Positions 18,286-24,000 of a stretch of 24,000 nucleotides of DNA are shown here, piece after piece; the first letter of the stretch is position 1; every line of letters starts with the position of its first letter. A model generated the notes under the pieces. That model saw nothing but the letters and a program-made list of their open reading frames with translations. It did no database searches and was not told the origin of the DNA. Source of the DNA: Feifaniaceae bacterium (lineage in GTDB: Bacteria > Bacillota > Clostridia > Oscillospirales > Feifaniaceae); the NCBI GenBank assembly GCA_045545175.1, contig JAZQAK010000047.1, positions 98,975 to 122,974 of the forward strand. The letters run 5' to 3'. The translations under genes were made by a program, and so were the position numbers.

Positions 18286-18660
18286 TCAATACAGAAGTGT
18301 TATTATTGCTATTCCTGTAAGAATACACAGAGCAACACCGTTTTTTTGAAGCCACTGATTTTTTTCTTTAACTGATGAGTAGTGCTCCTGCGTTTTTGAT
18401 ATAAGTTCATTAAGTGTATCAATATCCCTTATCTGATGAGCACTATCAAAAAGTTTTATATCCTCTCTGTTAAGATATTTATATTTTTCGGGAGTACAGT
18501 TTATATTCATCCCGAAGACCTCGTAATCCGATACACACTTTTTGAGTTTATCAAGATTATATTTCAGTTCCTCAATTCTGTTCCCGACCGAGTTACTGAT
18601 GATTTTACCGATAACAGCCATAGCCGTAATTATTATAAGACAGCCTATATATTTGAGCAT
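18286..18660 (-). CDS. spoIIIAB: Stage III sporulation protein AB.
   Basis: 124 aa. N- and C-terminal TM helices flank a helical cytoplasmic domain. Operon position fits, and it overlaps the spoIIIAA 3' end by 16 nt. Confidence 0.75.
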   Translation of the reverse strand: MLKYIGCLIIITAMAVIGKIISNSVGNRIEELKYNLDKLKKCVSDYEVFGMNINCTPEKYKYLNREDIKLFDSAHQIRDIDTLNELISKTQEHYSSVKEKNQWLQKNGVALCILTGIAIITLLY

Positions 18661-19544
18661 ATTTCACCACTTGATACTATTCTTTCTATTTTCCCGGGCA
18701 TTTCACCCAGAAAAACAACGTAATCAAATATTCCTTTACAGATACATTTTTTCATATCTTCACGTAATAAAAGCTGTTTTTCGTCATCAGAATGGCAAGT
18801 TGCTATCACAGGCACTCCCATAGATGAAATATACTCAAGTGAAGCAACGTCCTGTACCGACGTTACTTCATCAAAAACAAGAACGTCGGGAGACAGATTT
18901 TTAATAGCACATACAGCACCGTCAAGCTTCTCATATCCTTTAAGTATGGTGGTATTCGCACCAAGATTTATCCCCGACATACTAAGTTCGAGAGTTGTGT
19001 CAATAACACAGCATTTATATCTGTCGAAAGATAATTTTTGCGTTAAATCCCTTAACATAGTTGTCTTGCCCATATACGGCTTAGATACTATTAAAACGGA
19101 AGGTAACCGTTCTTCTTTTTTTATGACCTCGTAAATACCTTGAGAGCAATCCTTATGCGCTTCGAAAAAGCGGAAAACCAGCGTTCTGACTTCCGTTATT
19201 TTAGGACGGTTATCTTTCCCCATAACTCTGTGTCCTGCTATTCCCACTCTGATTCCGTTATCAAGCATTATGAATCCGTTTACCACATTTTCACTTTGAT
19301 CGTATCTCGTGGAAGATTTCAGCCTTTCAAACGTATATTCAGTCTCATTCTCTGTAACAACCGGACAATCCGTCATCCATTTGCTCAAATCACCGTGTTT
19401 ATTAAGATAAAACAGCTCACTCCCGCGCATCACCTGTACGGGTGATGCGGCTGATAATCTTATTTCATTACAGTCAATATTCAGAGGTAGAAATTTTACT
19501 ATTCTGTACGGTAAATACACCGCTATATTTTCAAGCGTCATCAT
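18645..19544 (-). CDS. spoIIIAA: Stage III sporulation protein AA (secretion-type ATPase).
   Basis: Walker A SKPYMGKTTMLRDL and Walker B VLVFDEV, first gene of the cluster. Start is revised to ATG 19544 (MMTLENIAVYLP) behind RBS GGAGTG. The track GTG start at 19619 lies inside a terminator hairpin. Confidence 0.88.
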   Translation of the reverse strand: MMTLENIAVYLPYRIVKFLPLNIDCNEIRLSAASPVQVMRGSELFYLNKHGDLSKWMTDCPVVTENETEYTFERLKSSTRYDQSENVVNGFIMLDNGIRVGIAGHRVMGKDNRPKITEVRTLVFRFFEAHKDCSQGIYEVIKKEERLPSVLIVSKPYMGKTTMLRDLTQKLSFDRYKCCVIDTTLELSMSGINLGANTTILKGYEKLDGAVCAIKNLSPDVLVFDEVTSVQDVASLEYISSMGVPVIATCHSDDEKQLLLREDMKKCICKGIFDYVVFLGEMPGKIERIVSSGEICSNI

Positions 19545-19574
19545 TTTTTCACTCCGTGTTTTTAACTTCAATAC

Positions 19575-19602
19575 ATCATATGCCTGTCCTTTCCGTTTAT
19601 GA
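19575..19602 (-). promoter_or_regulatory. Candidate sigma-E-type (mother-cell) promoter of the spoIIIA operon.
   Basis: Minus strand reads TCATAAA (19602-19596), 13-nt spacer, CATATGAT (19582-19575). Compare my recollection of the B. subtilis sigma-E consensus: kmATAww, about 14 nt, CATACAnT. It lies between a terminator and the spoIIIAA RBS. Confidence 0.4.
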
Positions 19603-19604
19603 AT

Positions 19605-19630
19605 AAAAAATGCACCCACAATTCGGGTGC
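19605..19630 (-). terminator. Rho-independent terminator immediately upstream of the spoIIIA promoter.
   Basis: Stem is GCACCC / GGGTGC (19612-19617 / 19625-19630) with a 7-nt loop, followed on the minus strand by ATTTTTTATT. Confidence 0.55.
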
Positions 19631-19640
19631 TGTTTGATCT

Positions 19641-19667
19641 TTAAAAATATATGTCAGTCTTTTTCAT
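19641..19667 (-). CDS. Candidate 8-codon micro-ORF (MKKTDIYF). It could equally be part of a small non-coding RNA.
   Basis: Canonical SD AAGGAG (19680-19675) lies 7 nt upstream of ATG 19667. The TAA stop is at 19643-19641, and the terminator hairpin starts 10 nt later. Confidence 0.25.
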   Translation of the reverse strand: MKKTDIYF

Positions 19668-19766
19668 TTTCCTGCTCCTTTTAACGCCATTCAACAATCT
19701 TACTATGCTTTAGTCATCTTAAAGAGATTAATTAACACCTATTTTAAATTGATAATTTACGTTAAC

Positions 19767-19795
19767 AGTATAATCCTTATTTATCACATTATCAA
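19767..19795 (-). promoter_or_regulatory. Sigma-A-type promoter of the small unit between the two terminators.
   Basis: Minus strand reads TTGATA (19795-19790), 17-nt spacer, TATACT (19772-19767). The AT-rich context means a chance match is possible. Confidence 0.4.
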
Positions 19796-19892
19796 AATTT
19801 GCTTATAACCTAACGTTTTAATACAAAAATAGTTCTTTACTGTTCTCCTTGCGGTTGTCATACTCTGTTGGGAACTTTTTTAATTTGCCGGT

Positions 19893-19926
19893 AAAAAAAA
19901 GAGACGTTGAAAAATCAACATCTCTT
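19893..19926 (-). terminator. Rho-independent terminator ending the efp / acidic-protein transcript.
   Basis: Minus-strand RNA forms AGAGAUGUUGA-UUUUU-UCAACGUCUCU followed by UUUUUUUU, 15 nt after the stop at 19942. Confidence 0.8.
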
Positions 19927-19941
19927 TTAATTTATAAACGT

Positions 19942-20397
19942 TTATTCGTTTTCGCAGTCACATTCTTCGCAGTCACAGCAATCGCAAATATCATCAAGTT
20001 CAATTTCGAAGTGCTCACCGCATTCAGGACATACGATCTCATCATCATTTTCTACGTCTTCGGGAAGAACAAGTTCTTCACCGCAGCCGGGGCAAATTGC
20101 TTCGTAGTAAATACCGTCGCAATCATCACCGCAACAGTCACAATCGTCATCATCGCAGTCACAACCGCATTCATCGTCACCGTAGAATTCTTCTTCCAGT
20201 AAACCGAGATCTTCATCAATCTCATCAACACGTGCATCAACAGCGTCAATATTGTCAACAACATCTTCAAAAGAAGCCGCAACTTCATCGAGAACTTCAA
20301 CTATCGCTGCAAATATTTTACCTTCCTTAGAATCCTCGTCAACGCCGAGACCGTCAATAAGACCTTTGAGATATGAAACCTTTTCAGTAATTTCCAT
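19942..20397 (-). CDS. Highly acidic, Cys-rich zinc-ribbon protein of unknown function. The N-terminal helical domain resembles what I recall being annotated as the CD1247 N-terminal domain family in Clostridia (unverified).
   Basis: 151 aa. RBS AAGGAG. By my count 57 residues are Asp/Glu and 17 are Cys, all Cys in the C-terminal half. The central ribbon CPGCG...18 aa...CPECG is flanked by ECGCDCDDDDCDCCGDDCDG and CDCCDCEECDCENE. There is an 18-nt gap from efp, and a terminator follows directly. Confidence 0.8.
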   Translation of the reverse strand: MEITEKVSYLKGLIDGLGVDEDSKEGKIFAAIVEVLDEVAASFEDVVDNIDAVDARVDEIDEDLGLLEEEFYGDDECGCDCDDDDCDCCGDDCDGIYYEAICPGCGEELVLPEDVENDDEIVCPECGEHFEIELDDICDCCDCEECDCENE

Positions 20398-20415
20398 TTT
20401 AAACTCCTTTAAAAC

Positions 20416-20973
20416 TTATGCTCTTTCCATATATTCGCCTGTTCTTGTATCAACACGGATCATATCACCCTCGTTGATGAACATGGGAACACGGATTTCA
20501 GCGCCTGTTTCAAGTGTAGCAGGCTTTAATGAATTAGTTGCTGTGTTACCCTTAACACCGGGTTCTGAATGAGTAACCTGAAGTTCAATAAAGAACGGAG
20601 GTTCAACACCAAAAACGTTACCCTTGTATGAGAGAACCTTACATACAAGATTTTCCTTAACAAACTTGAAGTTGTCTGAAAGAACTTCCTTGTTAATCGG
20701 AACCTGTTCATATGTCTCTACGTCCATGAAGTAATAGAGGTCTCCGTCATTGTAGAGATATTCCATATCCTTTCTTTCAATGAAAGCTGTAGGGAACTTA
20801 TCTGTGGGGTTGAAAGAGCGCTCAACAACGCTTCCTGTAATAACGTTTTTGTACTTTGTTCTTACAAAAGCTGCGCCCTTACCCGGCTTAACGTGCTGGA
20901 ATTCGACAACCTGAACAACGTTTCCGTCAAGTTCAAATGTTGCACCGTTTCTAAAATCGCCTGCTGTAATCAT
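20416..20973 (-). CDS. efp: Translation elongation factor P.
   Basis: 185 aa. The [17 protein letters not shown] loop carries the modified-Lys position, with typical OB domains II/III. Confidence 0.96.
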   Translation of the reverse strand: MITAGDFRNGATFELDGNVVQVVEFQHVKPGKGAAFVRTKYKNVITGSVVERSFNPTDKFPTAFIERKDMEYLYNDGDLYYFMDVETYEQVPINKEVLSDNFKFVKENLVCKVLSYKGNVFGVEPPFFIELQVTHSEPGVKGNTATNSLKPATLETGAEIRVPMFINEGDMIRVDTRTGEYMERA

Positions 20974-21011
20974 AATATCATCCTTCTTTGTTTAGTTTAA
21001 TCTATAGAAAT

Positions 21012-21040
21012 ATAATACAATATGTGGTGCATTATTTCAA
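21012..21040 (-). promoter_or_regulatory. Sigma-A-type promoter upstream of efp.
   Basis: Minus strand reads TTGAAA (21040-21035), 17-nt spacer, TATTAT (21017-21012), about 40 nt upstream of the efp ATG. Confidence 0.5.
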
Positions 21041-21043
21041 GAG

Positions 21044-21481
21044 TTATTTATTAAAAAGTAGTTTCAATGCTTCAAGTGCCACAAGATAACTGTTTTCACC
21101 AAGTCCCGAAACGCTTCCTGAACATACGGGACCTATCATTGAAACGTGCCTGAAATCCTCTCTCTGAAATACGTTAGAGAGATGCGTTTCAATAACGGGT
21201 ATTTTTACTGCACTTATGGAATCCCTTATCGCAATACTGTAATGAGTATAGGCACCTGCATTCAAAATAATACCGTCAGCTTTGCCGAAAGCATTTTGAA
21301 TTGCCGAAACTATCTCACCTTCAACGTTCGACTGAAAAAATTCGCATTTTATATCAGATTCTTTAGCTTTTTCTTCTATTTTTTTACAAATAGCATCAAG
21401 CGAACTGTCCCCGTATATCCCCGGCTCTCTTACACCGAGCATATTGAGATTGGGGCCGTTTATAACAAGTATGTTTTTCAT
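21044..21481 (-). CDS. aroQ: Type II 3-dehydroquinate dehydratase.
   Basis: 145 aa. ILVINGPNLNMLGVREPGIYG N-terminus plus NAGAYTHYSIAIRD and ETHLSN motifs. Confidence 0.95.
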   Translation of the reverse strand: MKNILVINGPNLNMLGVREPGIYGDSSLDAICKKIEEKAKESDIKCEFFQSNVEGEIVSAIQNAFGKADGIILNAGAYTHYSIAIRDSISAVKIPVIETHLSNVFQREDFRHVSMIGPVCSGSVSGLGENSYLVALEALKLLFNK

Positions 21482-21484
21482 ATT

Positions 21485-22339
21485 TTACCTCAAACACTTT
21501 TTATACATATTCATCATTGCAAGTGCATCCTCTGTCTGTGTTCCTGCACTCTCACAAATTATAGTCGGTGAAAGGTCTCTCTCAGCAATAAGTTCTGCAA
21601 GAGGCATAAAATCAGGACCAAATACATCATCTTCAAACGTAAGATGCTTTTTTTCACCGCCGTCGGTATATTCAATCTTGGAAAAATGGGCGTGGAAAAC
21701 CTTTGCCCTGTCACTTCCGAGCCTGTTTTCCAACGTATCAAGAATAAAGGCATAGTCTTCTTTTGTTTTTATACTTCCCCTATCCCTTGCATTGAGATGA
21801 CCGAAATCAATCGTCGGCAAAAGCCAGTCATCAAGTTCGCATAACGCCATAACTTCATCAAGATTACCAAGTTGATTTACTTTTCCCATGGTTTCAAGAC
21901 ACATATGAACATCAGAGAGGCCCTCAGCCTTTAACGCCTCTATTGCAGATTTTACGGTTTCTTTCGCATATCCGAGAGCTACTTTTCTTGAAAGTTTTCC
22001 GCATGAACCGCTGTGTACAACAATGCGGTCACCGCCAAGTTTTTTTACAAGTTCTGCACTCTGCAAAATATAGCGTATGCTTCCCTGTCTTTTACTCTCT
22101 TCAACGCTTGAAAGAGATATGAAATACGGGGCGTGTACCGAAATTTTAATATTGTGCTTCACGCACTCTTCGGCAACTTTTTTTGCAGTTTCATCAGAAG
22201 TTGAAACACCACGACCACACTGATATTCATAGGCATTAAGGCCCATATTTTCAAGATACGCCATCATCTGCCACGTGCTTTTATTACCGTCATCATAAAA
22301 ACGCTGACTGTTACCTGCCGGACCAAAAAATGCACTCAT
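21485..22339 (-). CDS. Endonuclease-IV-like TIM-barrel protein (AP endonuclease family 2 / xylose-isomerase-like fold).
   Basis: 284 aa. The series of metal-ligand-like blocks parallels Nfo: VHAPYFISL, VVHSGS, LETMG, IDFGHLNA, HAHFS, ICES. It is divergent, so substrate is uncertain. Confidence 0.7.
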   Translation of the reverse strand: MSAFFGPAGNSQRFYDDGNKSTWQMMAYLENMGLNAYEYQCGRGVSTSDETAKKVAEECVKHNIKISVHAPYFISLSSVEESKRQGSIRYILQSAELVKKLGGDRIVVHSGSCGKLSRKVALGYAKETVKSAIEALKAEGLSDVHMCLETMGKVNQLGNLDEVMALCELDDWLLPTIDFGHLNARDRGSIKTKEDYAFILDTLENRLGSDRAKVFHAHFSKIEYTDGGEKKHLTFEDDVFGPDFMPLAELIAERDLSPTIICESAGTQTEDALAMMNMYKKCLR

Positions 22340-22839
22340 TTTATAACACCTTTCTTTTTAAGTGAACGTATTATCGGTACTTCAAGAATCCTTTTCAGTT
22401 TAATCGCAAACTGTTCGTGATTATCAATAGGTCTGACAAGCATAGACTTTATTCCTGCCCTGTTTGCCCCCCATATATCCGTATATATCTGGTCTCCGAT
22501 GCCGACTGTTTCTTCTTTTTTCGCATCCATTATTTTCAGCGCCTCAACATATCCTTTTTGAGTAGGCTTGAGAGCTTCAAACACAGTCGGAAGTCCGATA
22601 TTTTCATTAAATTTCTTTACGCGTGCACCCTTACCGTTTGACACAATGCAGAGTTTTATCCCTGCATTTATAAGTTCATCAATCCAACCGTAGAGTTTTT
22701 CATCACCAACTTCTACCGTATTGGAAATAAGTGTGTTATCTATATCAAGGATAATGTTTTTAATACCTTCACTTATAAAAAAAGTGCTGTCCGTCATATA
22801 AACATTATCAAAATAATATGTCGGTTTAAATTTTTTCAA
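22336..22839 (-). CDS. yqeG: YqeG-family HAD-IIIA phosphatase.
   Basis: 167 aa. LDIDNTL catalytic motif, VSNG, GDQIYTDIWGANRAGIKSMLVRPI. TTG start is 5 nt after RBS GGAGGTG. The N-terminus KKFKP aligns with B. subtilis YqeG KKFFLP. Confidence 0.88.
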   Translation of the reverse strand: MKKFKPTYYFDNVYMTDSTFFISEGIKNIILDIDNTLISNTVEVGDEKLYGWIDELINAGIKLCIVSNGKGARVKKFNENIGLPTVFEALKPTQKGYVEALKIMDAKKEETVGIGDQIYTDIWGANRAGIKSMLVRPIDNHEQFAIKLKRILEVPIIRSLKKKGVIK

Positions 22840-22855
22840 AAAAGCACCTCCAATA

Positions 22856-22890
22856 ACAAAAATAGGTGTGTAACCGCAAGGTCACACACC
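22856..22890 (-). terminator. Rho-independent terminator after rpsU.
   Basis: Stem is GGTGTGTAACC / GGTCACACACC (11 bp, one mismatch) with loop GCAA, followed on the minus strand by TATTTTTGT. Confidence 0.7.
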
Positions 22891-22901
22891 CGTTTTGTGA
22901 A

Positions 22902-23078
22902 TTACTTATACTTACGCTTTCTTGCAGCCTCGGATTTTTTCTTACGTTTAACGCTTGGCTTCTCGTAATGTTCTCTCTTGCGGAGCTCTGAAAGCACGCC
23001 GGACTTTGCACACTGTCTCTTGAAACGACGAAGTGCACTGTCAAGTGATTCATTCTCTTTTACTCTGATTTCTGCCAT
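22902..23078 (-). CDS. rpsU: 30S ribosomal protein S21.
   Basis: Hand-translated 58 aa: [71 protein letters not shown]. At 58 aa it does not appear in the ORF track, which instead lists a spurious 75-aa ORF in another frame. Confidence 0.95.
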   Translation of the reverse strand: MAEIRVKENESLDSALRRFKRQCAKSGVLSELRKREHYEKPSVKRKKKSEAARKRKYK

Positions 23079-23136
23079 TTAAATTTCCCTCCCTCCGCAC
23101 TAAGCCAGGGTAATAATTATTTCTAAAACATAATAT

Positions 23137-23165
23137 ATTATAAGTTAAACAACACGAATTGTCAA
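23137..23165 (-). promoter_or_regulatory. Consensus sigma-A promoter of rpsU.
   Basis: Minus strand reads TTGACA (23165-23160), 17-nt spacer, TATAAT (23142-23137). Both hexamers match the consensus perfectly. Confidence 0.65.
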
Positions 23166-23172
23166 TAGATAA

Positions 23173-24000
23173 TTATTTTACAACAATATTTGCTAATTTA
23201 TTCTTGACATATATCGTTTTAATTACCGTCTTTCCTTCAAGATGAACTGCAAGTTCGGGATTGTTTTTTATCATTTCGATAACTGCATCCTGCTCTGAAT
23301 CTGCAGGAATAAGAAGTCTGCCTTTGAGTTTACCATTTACCTGTACTGCAATCTCGGCTTCACTGTCAATACATTTCGCCTCGTCATATGACGGCCATTC
23401 AGCAAGTGAACAAAGTCCCTTTTCTCCAAGCATATGCCACATTTCTTCACAGAGATGCGGTGCAAAAGGACAAAGGAGTTTAACAAAAGTCTTAAGTTCA
23501 TCTTTTGTAAGTTTTTTAACGTCGTATATTGTATTTATAAGTGTCATCATACTTGCAATAGCTGTATTGAACTTCATTTCTTCAATGTCGCTTGACACTT
23601 TCTTTATCGTCTTATGGAATGCACTTTCAAGTTCGGGGGTAACACCGTTTCCCGAAGCGATATCATACAAATCTGCCACACGGTCAAGAAATCTCTTACA
23701 ACCCTTAACACTGCTCTCACTCCACGGTGCTGCAGATGTGTAGTCACCCATAAAGAGAATATACGTACGCAGTACGTCAGCACCGAATTCATCTACAACG
23801 TCGTTGGGGTCAACAACGTTGCCCTTCGACTTACTCATCTTTTCACCGTCAGGTCCGAGAATAAGTCCCTGAGCCGTTCTCTTTGCATAAGGTTCCTTAG
23901 TCGGAACTTCGCCTATATCGTAAAGGAATCTGTGCCAGAAACGTGAGTAAATAAGGTGTCTTGTAACGTGCTCCATACCGCCGTTATACCAGTCAACAGG
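23173..24000 (-). CDS. leuS: Leucine--tRNA ligase, C-terminal part (N-terminus lies beyond the right window edge).
   Basis: KMSKSKGNVVDP motif, the GG-EH..RHLIYSRFW block continuing to the window edge (PVDWYNGGMEHV), and an anticodon-binding/C-terminal domain. The track Met at 23976 is internal. Confidence 0.93.
   Translation of the reverse strand, partial: PVDWYNGGMEHVTRHLIYSRFWHRFLYDIGEVPTKEPYAKRTAQGLILGPDGEKMSKSKGNVVDPNDVVDEFGADVLRTYILFMGDYTSAAPWSESSVKGCKRFLDRVADLYDIASGNGVTPELESAFHKTIKKVSSDIEEMKFNTAIASMMTLINTIYDVKKLTKDELKTFVKLLCPFAPHLCEEMWHMLGEKGLCSLAEWPSYDEAKCIDSEAEIAVQVNGKLKGRLLIPADSEQDAVIEMIKNNPELAVHLEGKTVIKTIYVKNKLANIVVK

Noticed and set aside
19021-19027. TGTCGAA (Spo0A-box-like heptamer).
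   Set aside because: It lies inside the spoIIIAA coding sequence on the opposite strand. A single heptamer is expected by chance.
19545-19619. N-terminal 25-residue extension of SpoIIIAA (track GTG start at 19619).
   Set aside because: The start codon lies inside a terminator stem and the extension covers the putative promoter. A much better RBS plus ATG is at 19544.
19784-19861. 25-aa minus-strand ORF (MTTARRTVKNYFCIKTLGYKQILIM) in the efp-spoIIIA spacer.
   Set aside because: It has no Shine-Dalgarno sequence and overlaps the predicted promoter hexamers. The composition looks random.
19849-20572. ORFs overlapping the acidic gene on both strands (19849-20202 +, 20052-20300 -, 20097-20330 +, 20252-20572 +), including a His/Arg-rich translation.
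   Set aside because: They are frame-shifted or antisense readings of GAT/GAC/GAA/TGC-rich codon runs. None has an RBS. The 19942-20397 frame has AAGGAG, a structured N-terminal domain, a zinc-ribbon motif and a terminator.
22826-23053. 75-aa minus-strand ORF from the track.
   Set aside because: It is an alternative frame of rpsU, reads through the rpsU terminator into yqeG, and has no RBS.
1-24000. CRISPR arrays, transposases, integrases, phage genes, toxin-antitoxin pairs, restriction-modification or other defence genes, and tRNA/rRNA genes.
   Set aside because: None found. There are no spaced direct-repeat arrays, no recombinase or nuclease-helicase signature ORFs, and the intergenic space is almost fully explained by promoters and terminators.

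Overview
AT-rich chromosomal segment from an endospore-forming Bacillota (Clostridia-like) genome. Every gene I can support is on the minus strand. Reading in the direction of transcription (right to left): leuS 3' part, rpsU, yqeG-type HAD phosphatase, an endonuclease-IV-like TIM-barrel protein, aroQ, efp, a very acidic Cys-rich zinc-ribbon protein, the complete spoIIIAA-AH operon, asp23-family gene, then a tightly packed block nusB-xseA-xseB-ispA-dxs-tlyA-nadK-argR-recN-tyrS. After that comes a giant secreted multidomain protein of at least 1683 codons. It runs off the left edge and is therefore missing from the supplied ORF track. This is mostly conserved housekeeping and sporulation synteny, resembling the Bacillus subtilis efp...spoIIIA...nusB...recN region. 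I see no CRISPR array, transposase, integrase, phage genes, tRNA/rRNA or recognisable defence system, and I do not claim a novel system. The parts worth a second look are: (1) the giant surface protein, with an embedded ComEC-like metallo-beta-lactamase domain and three Gly-rich beta-solenoid modules, plus its promoter, which is overlapped by a perfect palindrome; (2) the Asp/Glu/Cys-rich zinc-ribbon protein co-transcribed with efp; (3) a self-contained promoter / Shine-Dalgarno (SD) / 8-codon ORF / terminator unit sitting between two terminators just upstream of spoIIIAA; (4) tyrS fused to the end of the recN operon with no room for a T-box leader. All product calls come from motif recognition by eye; no searches were run. 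Several ORF-track starts were revised using ribosome-binding sites (RBS) and neighbouring stop codons.
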